NCBI GenBank assembly: GCA_012513915.1
Contig: JAAZBG010000128.1
Location: 9,640-73,639, forward strand
Reading direction: 5' to 3'
Origin: Fibrobacter sp.
GTDB lineage: Bacteria > Fibrobacterota > Chitinivibrionia > Chitinivibrionales > Chitinispirillaceae
DNA: 64,000 nucleotides
Part shown: piece after piece, positions 38,709-47,615 of the stretch
Numbering within the stretch: position 1 is the stretch's first letter
Layout: the number at the start of each line of letters is the position of its first letter
Notes under the pieces: model-generated
Database searches by the model: none
The model's input: only the letters and a program-made list of their open reading frames with translations
Told to the model about the DNA's origin: nothing
Made by a program: the position numbers and the translations under genes

Positions 38709-39935
38709 TTAAAATGACGCTACCTTTCCTTTTAAGAAATCTTTCCACTCCTGATCATCGAATGCATCTGCAACAGTAAAGATATCCTTATCACCGCGGC
38801 CGCTCTGGTTGATCACGATGATATCGTCCTTGCCATACGATGATGCTTCCTTATAGGCTTGTGCAAACGCATGCGCTGATTCAAGTGCGGGGATAATGCC
38901 CTCTTTTGCTATTGTCAGCTTTACGGCATCAACCACCTCTTTATCCGTTGCAGCTTCAATACGAATTCGATTTTCTTTCCAGTAATGCGCAATTATCGGT
39001 GAAACTCCCACATAGTCAAGACCAGCACTGATTGAGTGCGTGTGGCGCATCTGGCCATCATTATCCTGAAGGAAAAATGATTTATAGCCCTGAACGATCC
39101 CTGGAGTTCCGTTTTTTGATGCAATACGTGATGCATGATGTGGTGTGTCAAGACCCATTCCACCGGCTTCAACGCCGACAAGGTCGACTTCTTTGTTGTC
39201 GAGAAAATCGTGCATCACCCCAAGTGCATTTGATCCTCCGCCAACGCATGCATAAATTGCTTTTGGCAGGGTTTTGTATTGGTCACGCATCTGCTTTTTT
39301 AATTCTTTTCCAATAATCGACTGAAACCAGGTAACCATTTCCGGGTAGGGATAGGCACCGCAAGCTGTTCCGATAACATAGTGGGTATCCTGAAAATTCT
39401 CTGCCCAGTCGCGCATCGCTTCATCCATGGCGTCTTTCAGCGTTTTTGATCCGCTCTGAACAGGGACAACGGTTGCACCGAGCTTCTGCATCCAGAACAC
39501 GTTGGGGTACTGACGTTCAACATCCTTGGCACCCATGTAGATCGTGCATTTAAAGCCAAATTTTGCGGCCATGGTCGCGGTTGCTACACCGTGCTGTCCC
39601 GCACCGGTTTCAGCAATAACGCGGGTTTTTCCCATTAGCTTTGTGAGAAGGCCCTGACCGATAACGTTGTTGAGTTTATGTGCACCGGTATGGTTAAGAT
39701 CCTCACGCTTAATGAGAATTTTTGCTCCGCCGAAATATTTTGTAAGGTTTTCAGCGAAGGTCAGCGGCGTCGGCCTGCAGGAATACGTTGAAAGAAGGTT
39801 TACATACTCGTCCCAGAACGACTGGTCGTTTCGAATCTTTTTATATCCCGCAATTAGATTTTCAAAAGTGTCATGGAAGATCTCCGGAATAAACTTTCCG
39901 CCAAACTCCCCGAAATACTGCTCATTAGTGTCCAT
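38709..39935 (-). CDS. trpB: Tryptophan synthase beta chain
   Basis: GEFGG.F.PE, LNHTGAHKLNN (PLP lysine), ETGAGQHG, GGGSNA and SAGLDY.GV.P. Confidence 0.95.
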   Translation of the reverse strand: MDTNEQYFGEFGGKFIPEIFHDTFENLIAGYKKIRNDQSFWDEYVNLLSTYSCRPTPLTFAENLTKYFGGAKILIKREDLNHTGAHKLNNVIGQGLLTKLMGKTRVIAETGAGQHGVATATMAAKFGFKCTIYMGAKDVERQYPNVFWMQKLGATVVPVQSGSKTLKDAMDEAMRDWAENFQDTHYVIGTACGAYPYPEMVTWFQSIIGKELKKQMRDQYKTLPKAIYACVGGGSNALGVMHDFLDNKEVDLVGVEAGGMGLDTPHHASRIASKNGTPGIVQGYKSFFLQDNDGQMRHTHSISAGLDYVGVSPIIAHYWKENRIRIEAATDKEVVDAVKLTIAKEGIIPALESAHAFAQAYKEASSYGKDDIIVINQSGRGDKDIFTVADAFDDQEWKDFLKGKVASF

Positions 39936-40222
39936 GTAGCGATCCTGCGATAAAAGTTAGGATTTTTGTATAAATTGTATAATAGATATAAACTAATTGA
40001 TTTTTGGCGGTGAGGGGGGAGGTTTTTATCTGTGATTTTATCCTCTTCAACTAAACTCTTTACTTCAAACGGTATGCACATGGAAAAAAATATCCCATAG
40101 AACAAGGGATAATAACAGGAAAACATCACTTAGAATAAGGGATATTTCTGAGGAATGTTCACCTGTTGTATCAAAAATTTACAATAAAATACCAAAATAT
40201 CATGAATTACCAGACTCTCTGT

Positions 40223-40669
40223 CTAAAAAACAATTCTCATCGGAATCATTGGCGATTTTTTCAGGTTAAACGATTCGTAAAAGTGGATTGCGATTTCGTT
40301 ATTGTAATCGGTCAGGAGTGTCACCCGAAGACAGCCGTGTTCGCGGGCATATGATAACGCATGGGAAAAGAGCTTTGATCCATACCCTTTTTTGCGATAC
40401 ATTTTACTGATAATCATATCTTCAAGCTGTGCAACTTTTCCACCGAGAAATGTACTGATCAAATACTGAAGACTTACCATGCCGATAACCTCATTGTCAA
40501 TTTCCAGAACAAGAATGTTCCCATTGTCTGATAGTAATAATGCATGTAACCCCTGAAACTGTTTTTGAGGATCAGGAGAAAATTCAAGTTCATTGGAGAA
40601 GAGTTCATTAAGGAGTTCCACCAGTACAGGCAGATCTTTTTCCTGTGCATTTCTGATTATTTCATTCAT
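40223..40669 (-). CDS. GNAT-family N-acetyltransferase
   Basis: A 148-aa protein whose acetyl-CoA motif A reads RKKGYGSKLFSHAL..A. Confidence 0.8.
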   Translation of the reverse strand: MNEIIRNAQEKDLPVLVELLNELFSNELEFSPDPQKQFQGLHALLLSDNGNILVLEIDNEVIGMVSLQYLISTFLGGKVAQLEDMIISKMYRKKGYGSKLFSHALSYAREHGCLRVTLLTDYNNEIAIHFYESFNLKKSPMIPMRIVF

Positions 40670-40977
40670 GATGTTACTTTCGAAAATAGTAGTTGTAAAA
40701 GGTAATCAATCATATCGGGATGTATTACCGACAGATCCGTTTCACTCTTTTGCTTATTTCTCTCGCTCAATTAAAAATATGATAATCGATGAGGTAAAAA
40801 CGTATATTTTCGTGCGTTTGATCAGCTGATGTCAGTCGCTTTGATAGCATTCAATTCGTATCGTATCACATGGTACCAAGCGCTAATTGATTGAAATAAA
40901 AACGTGTTATGCAAGAAACATCCATTAATTACCAGGTCAATGCTGCTCCCGTAAACACGTAGTGGTTGTGACAGAAA

Positions 40978-42291
40978 GTGCGAATTGTGATAAAAAGTAC
41001 TTTAAAAAAGCTTAGTATTGAAGCGCTTACTCCAATGCAGACTCAGGCAATGGATGCAATCTATAAAAATCGTAATACCTTCATAATTGCACCGACCGGT
41101 TCAGGAAAAACACTGGCATATCTTTTACCGGTAACAAAGATTGCAGCATCGCACAACGGAAAAGTCCAGGCACTGATAATAGTTCCATCACGGGAGCTTG
41201 CACAGCAGATACATGATGTTCATAAGTCAATGGGTACCGGTGTCAGGATGATGTGCTGTTATGGAGGACATCCAATTGACGTAGAGAAAGAGGAGTTTCT
41301 CCTGGAGCCATCAATACTTGTCGGAACACCGGGGCGGATTGCTTCACATATAGAGCATGAACGATTTGATTACTCACAAATATCAATGCTTGTCCTTGAT
41401 GAATTTGATAAATCGCTTGAATTTGAATTTATTGATGACATGACACCAATTGTTGATAAACTAACGAAACTCAAAAAACGTATCTGCATATCAGCAACAA
41501 AACTTGAATCAATTCCTGATTTTGTAAAAATGACCGATCCATGCAGTATCGAATTTACTGATGAACTAGTGCAGCCGCGTATTTCAATGAAAATTGTTGA
41601 ATCTCCTGTTCCGGATAAGCTTGACACATTGCTGCATCTAATAAAATATATAGGAAATCAGCCGGCACTGATATTCTGTAATCATCGTGATGCCGTTGAA
41701 CGGGTTATGGATTTTCTATATAAAAAGAAGTGTCAGGTAAAGATGTATCACGGGGGGATGGAGCAGGACGCGCGTGAAGAAGCACTAATGAAATTCCGTA
41801 ACGGTAGTTTTCATCTGCTGGTCACAACCGATCTGGCATCACGTGGTATTGACATTCCAGAAATACAGTATATCATCCATTATCATCTTCCATCAACAGA
41901 ATCATCCTTCATTCACCGTAATGGCAGAACCGCACGTATGCATGCGACCGGGACAGCCTTTATCATTCTTTCGGCCAATGAGCAGCTTGCGCCGTACATT
42001 TCTGAAAAACCGGTTGTTGATAAAATTTCAACCGACCTTCCACTTCCTGACAAAACGGAATGGGTGACTCTTGAACTCAATGTCGGAAAGAGAGATAAAA
42101 TAAGCAAAGGTGATATCGTTGGCTATCTGTCGCAGAAGGGACGCTTAAACAAAGACGATCTCGGTCTTGTTGAGATAACCTATCGTAATTCCTTTGCAGC
42201 TGTCAGGCGATCAAAAGCAAAGCAGGTGTTGTCACTTGTTGCAAATGAGCCATTAAAACGCAAGCTCGTGCGTATTAATGTTGATGGGTGA
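40978..42291 (+). CDS. DEAD-box-type ATP-dependent RNA helicase with DbpA-like C-terminal RNA-binding domain
   Basis: APTGSGKT, PSRELA, GTPGR, VLDEFD (a DEFD variant), SAT, TDLASRGID and HRNGRTAR. The C-terminus (GKRDKISKGDIVGYL) is DbpA-like. The start codon is GTG. Confidence 0.85.
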   Translation: MRIVIKSTLKKLSIEALTPMQTQAMDAIYKNRNTFIIAPTGSGKTLAYLLPVTKIAASHNGKVQALIIVPSRELAQQIHDVHKSMGTGVRMMCCYGGHPIDVEKEEFLLEPSILVGTPGRIASHIEHERFDYSQISMLVLDEFDKSLEFEFIDDMTPIVDKLTKLKKRICISATKLESIPDFVKMTDPCSIEFTDELVQPRISMKIVESPVPDKLDTLLHLIKYIGNQPALIFCNHRDAVERVMDFLYKKKCQVKMYHGGMEQDAREEALMKFRNGSFHLLVTTDLASRGIDIPEIQYIIHYHLPSTESSFIHRNGRTARMHATGTAFIILSANEQLAPYISEKPVVDKISTDLPLPDKTEWVTLELNVGKRDKISKGDIVGYLSQKGRLNKDDLGLVEITYRNSFAAVRRSKAKQVLSLVANEPLKRKLVRINVDG

Positions 42292-42308
42292 GTGGTTTTG
42301 GTCAAATT

Positions 42309-42447
42309 ACCCCGCAAGCGGAAACTCAATAGTAAACGTCGTACCAACGTGTTCCTCACTGTTGACACTTATTGACGCTTTGTGAATATCCAGCAGGCTC
42401 TTGACTATATACATGCCAAGGCCCGTTGATAGTTCTCCGGATGTTCC
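42309..42447 (-). pseudogene. Orphan copy of the last 46 codons of the sensor-kinase gene (direct repeat copy A)
   Basis: 138/139 nt identical to 44769-44907. It keeps an in-frame stop (TAA) and has no upstream kinase body. Confidence 0.9.
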
Positions 42448-42488
42448 TGTTTGCCCTGCAATAGTAAAAAATCATCCTTTAAGCATGC

Positions 42489-42521
42489 AGAAAACCGGGT
42501 CCGGCAAGGCGCCGTGCCCGG
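42489..42521 (-). terminator. Rho-independent terminator of the two-gene insert
   Basis: On the minus strand, the hairpin ccgggcacggc-gcctt-gccggacccgg is followed by TTTTCT, 12 nt after the stop at 42533. Confidence 0.6.
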
Positions 42522-42532
42522 AAGAATGTTGT

Positions 42533-43780
42533 TTAATGAGACTTAAGCGAAGTGACGTAAGGGTAGAGCACCAGCGCGTCGAAGACTTCTGCCGGAACGT
42601 ATACGTTGTTACTCACTCCTATTTTTTTGTTTGTAAAAGGTTCTCCGGTAAAGGGAAGATACACCGTCTGATTCGGGTAGAGGTCCGGAACAATCCTCAT
42701 GAGATCACTGGGATAGCTCTCTGCATAGGCGTCAAAATCCTTGCACGGAGAATTACTGCTAAATATCGGTATGTATCCCCGTACTGGAAGAAAGCAACCT
42801 GACCACACGCGGGACCCGTACCGTGCCTGGAGCCTTACGCCAACCCACGAACCTTCATTATCACCTACTATTGTAACGGCCTTTTTCCCTGCATGAGCGC
42901 TTCCGGAACCAACGATTACCTTTCCATACTGAGCGATAACGGATTCAATGTTCTCGGTGATCACGTCCTCTCTTAGCATATCACTTCTGTTTATCCGGCG
43001 ATGATATGATTTCACCTCGCAGGCAGTGAGCTGCATCAGCTTCGTATACCCCTCGTCCCCAAAGGATGTACGGTAGTGCGCCTCCCCGGCTTCCAAAGTT
43101 GACGCAATCTTCTCAAGAGCTTCGGGGTAGCCCTTATCCCAACACTTTCTGGGTAACGCAAAAAGTTCGGAAAAAAGCAAAGAATCCCGATAGAGCCAGG
43201 AGTCTTCAATAACTGACCAGTACACGGAATTGCTGTGATTCACATCGAAGGTTAGAAAATGGAGTCGCTCGTCTTCCGTTAAGGTTTGGTTGAACTCACG
43301 GATGGCGTCCACATACCCATACTTTGGTAACCACCGGGGGTAATCGCGCTTAAGCTGAACGTAGTCGTCAAAGATCATGCCAAGCGCGTGGTCCGTCTCA
43401 TGTACAAATGCCCTGAAGCCCGCGGCATGCAGGCGCTTAACAAACTCCGTGGTAAACAGGACATGCTCGAGGATATAGTGTTGCTCCCCAATAAAGACAA
43501 TATCATGGGCCGCAGCCGCAGCTACCAAGGTATCCGGGATGGTGTACTTGATTGAAGACGATGAGCCTACTGATGGCACGATTATGGCGGAAGCCTTGAC
43601 TGCGCTCTTGATGTGATCCACATCTTCGTAGGCACCCTTCCAGGTGATCGGGGGATAGATGTTGGTAAACTCATTATCAATGGGAAGCAGGGAATTACTA
43701 CATCCGGTAATTATAAAGAGAAAATGTGTACAAAGCATCGCTATCACGGCTCGTATCCAGTGAAAATTAATGGGTTTCAT
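42533..43780 (-). CDS. Lipoprotein, ChaN/Tiki/erythromycin-esterase-superfamily-like
   Basis: It has a lipobox (LFIITGC). The motifs IVFIGEQHY..EH and a later GSGSAH resemble the GExH...H signature of the ChaN/Tiki fold. It is GC-rich relative to its neighbours. Confidence 0.45.
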   Translation of the reverse strand: MKPINFHWIRAVIAMLCTHFLFIITGCSNSLLPIDNEFTNIYPPITWKGAYEDVDHIKSAVKASAIIVPSVGSSSSIKYTIPDTLVAAAAAHDIVFIGEQHYILEHVLFTTEFVKRLHAAGFRAFVHETDHALGMIFDDYVQLKRDYPRWLPKYGYVDAIREFNQTLTEDERLHFLTFDVNHSNSVYWSVIEDSWLYRDSLLFSELFALPRKCWDKGYPEALEKIASTLEAGEAHYRTSFGDEGYTKLMQLTACEVKSYHRRINRSDMLREDVITENIESVIAQYGKVIVGSGSAHAGKKAVTIVGDNEGSWVGVRLQARYGSRVWSGCFLPVRGYIPIFSSNSPCKDFDAYAESYPSDLMRIVPDLYPNQTVYLPFTGEPFTNKKIGVSNNVYVPAEVFDALVLYPYVTSLKSH

Positions 43781-44415
43781 AGTGCAACCCCCGCGGCGAG
43801 CCTGGCAATCAATCCATGCCCAAGGTTTGAGGAACCCTTCCAGAGAAAATCCATGGGCCGTATAGTAGTTTTTCCGCCAGACTCAACGGTTACATCCAAA
43901 CTCCCATCAAAGAATGCAAGTCCATACCCCGCCTCCGCTGCAAGGGTACAGCGTCCCCACATCCATCGCCAGCCGGCCTTCGCGTGTAAGCTGTGATAGG
44001 ATAGGTCAGTGGTTGCGGTATACGGCAATGGCTTTGTGGATTCTTTATCGGGGACATCCGCCTTAAAGGTTAATCGTGTCCAATCATACGCGAATCCTGC
44101 GTAGAGGCCCATGCGATCGTCCCGTATGTAGTTAGTAATGCCGGTCCCTATGTCGAGGTAATCTTTAACGGTCATGACCAAATGATCGTCATAGGCATTA
44201 TCTTGCTTTATGTTGATATTGGGAGAGGTTCCGCCCCTCAGTTCAAAGGCGGGTTTAAGAAAACCGATCGAAAGAGGAGGAGCGTATTCGGCGCATAGCC
44301 CAAGGCCAAAGGGAACGCCCGCACCAGCCTGAAGCCTCCACGGCTTCATCCCGGTTGGCTCCGCGTGCGCGGCAAGCGCCACTACGAGGGCAACCAGTGC
44401 AATTTTTAATGGCAT
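43777..44415 (-). CDS. Small secreted protein, outer-membrane beta-barrel candidate
   Basis: The start at ATG 44415 gives the signal peptide MPLKIALVALVVALAAHA. It has alternating beta-type segments. Its stop overlaps the downstream start (ATGA). The longer ORF to 44625 has no support. Confidence 0.5.
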   Translation of the reverse strand: MPLKIALVALVVALAAHAEPTGMKPWRLQAGAGVPFGLGLCAEYAPPLSIGFLKPAFELRGGTSPNINIKQDNAYDDHLVMTVKDYLDIGTGITNYIRDDRMGLYAGFAYDWTRLTFKADVPDKESTKPLPYTATTDLSYHSLHAKAGWRWMWGRCTLAAEAGYGLAFFDGSLDVTVESGGKTTIRPMDFLWKGSSNLGHGLIARLAAGVAL

Positions 44416-44766
44416 ACGTTTTGTATCCTTACCGTTTAGTGTGTAACTACTATACCACATCAGTATGTACATCGTATCGTTCTGATTCGCATCAATACGT
44501 GATCTCTGGCTGACTGGCAATTTGATTTTTATACTTATGGGTTCTTGAAAATAGTGATTGTATTGACCGGATACAACTGTTTTGATAAAACTTCGAAAAA
44601 GACAGCTACTGTTTATCGGGTTCAATGGCGCTTCGGTATTGCCGTTTTTATGGTCAAGCCTGATGAGTGCAAGGATTATGCTTTTGTATGTAATAAAAAG
44701 GGTGGTTTACAAAAAAGAGTTGCATTTTTTAGAATGAAAATATGTAGTTTCAATTGGTACAGGCGT

Positions 44767-46104
44767 TCACCCCGCAAGCGGAAACTCAATAGTAAACGTC
44801 GTACCAACATGTTCCTCACTGTTGACACTTATTGACGCTTTGTGAATATCCAGCAGGCTCTTGACTATATACATGCCAAGGCCCGTTGATAGTTCTCCGG
44901 ATGTTCCAACTCGTCCTGCTACCGTATACTTATTAAATATCTTACCCTTCAATTTCTCCGGGATTCCGATACCGTTATCCTTTATGGTAACAGTAAAGGT
45001 CTTCACAGATTTTTTTGTGGTTATCTCGATCGTGCCTCCGGTCCTTGAAAACTTGATAGCGTTCGAGAGCAGATTCCCGATAATCCTTTTTATCATGTCA
45101 ACATTTACACTAAGTACCGTGTCTGTATCCTGTGGTGATAGGTTGATTGAAATATGTTTCTGACGCGCAATAGGGCGGTAATGTTCAATGGTACCACTGA
45201 TTACCGGTACAATTGATGTCGTCACAAAAGTGACAGATTGACTCTGGTTTACTAATGATGCAGATTCCAGGATGTCGTTGACAATTGTCATACTGTCTTT
45301 AGCACCCTTGCTGATCAACTGAAGAAATTCAAGTGCTTTTTCAGTATCACCCTGCTGGAGTTTATCCTCAATTAATTCAACACAACTTATACTGCTCCCT
45401 ATGGTGTTGCGAAGATCGTGTGCAACGATGTGTAAAATATTATCCTTGCTTTCGATCGATTCCAATTGTGCAATTAGCGCTGCGTTTCGTGATTCATCAT
45501 AGATTTTCAGGAAATAATATAAAAATCCACCAAAGAGGAAAATGATAAAACCAGTAGAATAATTCAATCGGTTTTCGTCAACAGAATTCATTGGAATAAC
45601 ATCGAAAATGCGTAAGAGTGAAATCCCCGTTACACACAATGCATAAATCAAAATGTAAATCAGCGTAGCTTTATTGCCGGAGATAAAACTAATAAATACT
45701 GCGACAATCACCGGCCAGAGAAAAACAATTATTGATAAACTAAGGGATGAGAAGGTGCTGTTGCCGACAGCACTCAAAAGCGAGAAAATGGCTATTAACA
45801 AAACGGAGAAACTGTAATTCATATTAAACTTCAAACTTAATAGTGCAAATATTGGGATACTACTTAGTGCTATTGTAAATATAAGGATGTCCTGCCGGTC
45901 AAAGAGTACAGACATTGGTATAACAACACAAGATAGCATCAAGTAGATAAGTGCAAAGCGGAAGCACAATGAAATTTTGACTCGTTCCAACGAGTCGGTC
46001 GTGCCGGCTAATCGTTTTCCAATAAAAAACTGTTCAATTGGGCTCATAAAGTATCCTGATTGTGAATAATTATTTATAGTATAATTGTCCCGGAATTTAT
46101 GCAA
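44767..46104 (-). CDS. Membrane sensor histidine kinase
   Basis: About 6 TM helices are followed by the H-box IVAHDLRNTIGS, the N-box GNLLSNAIKF, G1 IKDNGIGI and G2 GTSGELSTGLGM. Confidence 0.9.
   Translation of the reverse strand: MHKFRDNYTINNYSQSGYFMSPIEQFFIGKRLAGTTDSLERVKISLCFRFALIYLMLSCVVIPMSVLFDRQDILIFTIALSSIPIFALLSLKFNMNYSFSVLLIAIFSLLSAVGNSTFSSLSLSIIVFLWPVIVAVFISFISGNKATLIYILIYALCVTGISLLRIFDVIPMNSVDENRLNYSTGFIIFLFGGFLYYFLKIYDESRNAALIAQLESIESKDNILHIVAHDLRNTIGSSISCVELIEDKLQQGDTEKALEFLQLISKGAKDSMTIVNDILESASLVNQSQSVTFVTTSIVPVISGTIEHYRPIARQKHISINLSPQDTDTVLSVNVDMIKRIIGNLLSNAIKFSRTGGTIEITTKKSVKTFTVTIKDNGIGIPEKLKGKIFNKYTVAGRVGTSGELSTGLGMYIVKSLLDIHKASISVNSEEHVGTTFTIEFPLAG
44769..44907. repeat. 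Direct repeat copy B (inside the intact kinase gene)
   Basis: Identical to 42309-42447 except at 44819 (a versus g). The offset is exactly 2460 bp. Confidence 0.9.
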
Positions 46105-46520
46105 CTATATTAGGATGATCCAGCGGTATTGGGAAGGTGGAGGTGTGTGGTCCATGTACGATGGAGAATCCGGAGATTGCGAAGAAACGGAGCTGGGTGA
46201 CGATGAAGTAAGCAAACGAAATGGTTAGGCCTGATATATTTTAAAACATTCAAGGATGATTCAGGTACAGTACCGGAGAACCTGTACCGTACTATAACAT
46301 TACCTGAGGAATAGAGATGTTCAGAAAAAAAATCAGATGGTATGGTCCGTCAATTAAATCCCTTTTGTTATCATGGATATTCCTGTTTGTTGCGAAAAGG
46401 TTTTTACATGGTATTGAGAAACAGGCTTTATGGGGGACAAAGAAGCCCGCAAAGAGGAAAAAAAGGAATATTCTAAAAATAACTTGATTAGTATAACAGC
46501 GCAAATCAGGGTAAGAGGAA

Positions 46521-46561
46521 CAAAATGCCCTCCCACTCTAAATCATATTAGAGTGGGAGGG
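46521..46561 (-). terminator. Hairpin terminator overlapping the radical SAM stop codon
   Basis: A 13-bp perfect stem ccctcccactcta (46528-46540) / tagagtgggaggg (46549-46561) is followed on the minus strand by cATTTTGTT. Confidence 0.6.
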
Positions 46562-47553
46562 TTAGAACCGCTGTCATCTCCTGTTAATGCCTCAGATTTT
46601 CTTTTTGTAAAATCAATGATAAACCCCTTATCCTGCTCCCCAATCTCCTGGAAAAAAACCTGAAAACCTGCATTGACAAAAGCATCCTTGACACGGTTGT
46701 ATTCATCACCGGTGATCATCCGGTTAATTTCCGGAAATGATACTGCATTGTAGAGCGGTCGATATTGTGACATAAGGCTAACGGAAATATCTGATGGATC
46801 GAAGGTCGCTTTTAAAAAGTCAAGAATCTGCAGGCTCGAATCCACCGCACCGGGAAGCACCAGATGGCGAATGCACAAACCCCGATAGGCATTATCGAAC
46901 TGATCACACCTGAGTGATCCTGTCTGGCGAAACATCGTACGTATTGCCTCGCGGTTCCGTTCAACATAATCAGGTGCTTTCGAGTATTTCGTCGCAAAAA
47001 CATTGTTGCCATATTTCATATCAGGGAGGTATATATCAATGATTCCGTTCAGTAACTCGAGAACGCTGGTGTTTTCGTAGCCGCTGCTATTATACACAAC
47101 CGGAATCGATAATCCTTTTGCGGCTGCAATTTTTAATGATGCAACGACTCTGTGCATGTAATGTGTCGATGTCACAAGATTGATATTATGGCAACCCTTG
47201 TTCTGAAGCTCAAGCATTGCATCCGCAAGTTCTTCATTGGTATACGGGCGCCCTTCATACTCATGTGATATCTGATAGTTCTGGCAGAAACAGCATTTAA
47301 GGGTACAATAAGAAAAAAACACAGTCCCGGAACCGTTGTTCCCGCTGATTGGTGGTTCTTCACCGTGATGCGGAAAAATGCTTGAAATAATCATCTGGTC
47401 CGGTGCTCCGCAGAATCCCCGTTTATTCTCAAGTCGGTTTACACCGCAATTACGGGGACATAGTGAACACGAACTGGCAATGCGGGATAATCCCGCGATT
47501 TTGTCATCCCACTCCTGAGATGAAAGATAACAATATGATGCAGTATGAGTCAT
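46543..47553 (-). CDS. Radical SAM protein, PflX-like (COG1313-type putative activating enzyme)
   Basis: CSLCPRNCGVNR....G.CG, HHGEEPPISG..GSGTVFFSYCTLKCCFCQNYQIS. Confidence 0.8.
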   Translation of the reverse strand: MTHTASYCYLSSQEWDDKIAGLSRIASSCSLCPRNCGVNRLENKRGFCGAPDQMIISSIFPHHGEEPPISGNNGSGTVFFSYCTLKCCFCQNYQISHEYEGRPYTNEELADAMLELQNKGCHNINLVTSTHYMHRVVASLKIAAAKGLSIPVVYNSSGYENTSVLELLNGIIDIYLPDMKYGNNVFATKYSKAPDYVERNREAIRTMFRQTGSLRCDQFDNAYRGLCIRHLVLPGAVDSSLQILDFLKATFDPSDISVSLMSQYRPLYNAVSFPEINRMITGDEYNRVKDAFVNAGFQVFFQEIGEQDKGFIIDFTKRKSEALTGDDSGSNPPTLI

Positions 47554-47554
47554 A

Positions 47555-47596
47555 GATTATTAATAATGAACTGTTGATTGTTAATAATGAACTGTT
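47555..47596. repeat. Tandem 21-bp direct repeat (2 units) immediately upstream of the radical SAM start codon
   Basis: gattattaataatgaactgtt (47555-47575) and gattgttaataatgaactgtt (47576-47596) match at 20/21 positions. The repeat ends 1 nt from the start codon (47551-47553) and takes the place of an SD. Confidence 0.85.
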
Positions 47597-47615
47597 AATC
47601 CCCCCTCTCCATTTT

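Noticed and set aside
42401-45163. Two plus-strand ORFs (42401..42802 and 44861..45163) share an identical N-terminus, MTIYMPRPVDSSPDVP, and look like a paralogous gene pair.
   Set aside because: Both are antisense readings of the duplicated kinase 3' end. The identity stops exactly where the 139-bp repeat stops, and the second ORF lies entirely inside the real kinase gene.
46317-46487. A 56-codon plus-strand ORF (MFRKKIRWYGPSIKSLLLSWIFLFVAKRF...KRKKRNILKIT) with a GAGGAA SD lies between the kinase and radical SAM genes.
   Set aside because: It is plausible as a small membrane protein. However, it is too short to support from sequence alone, has no recognisable family and has no clear terminator polarity. 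It is left uncalled.
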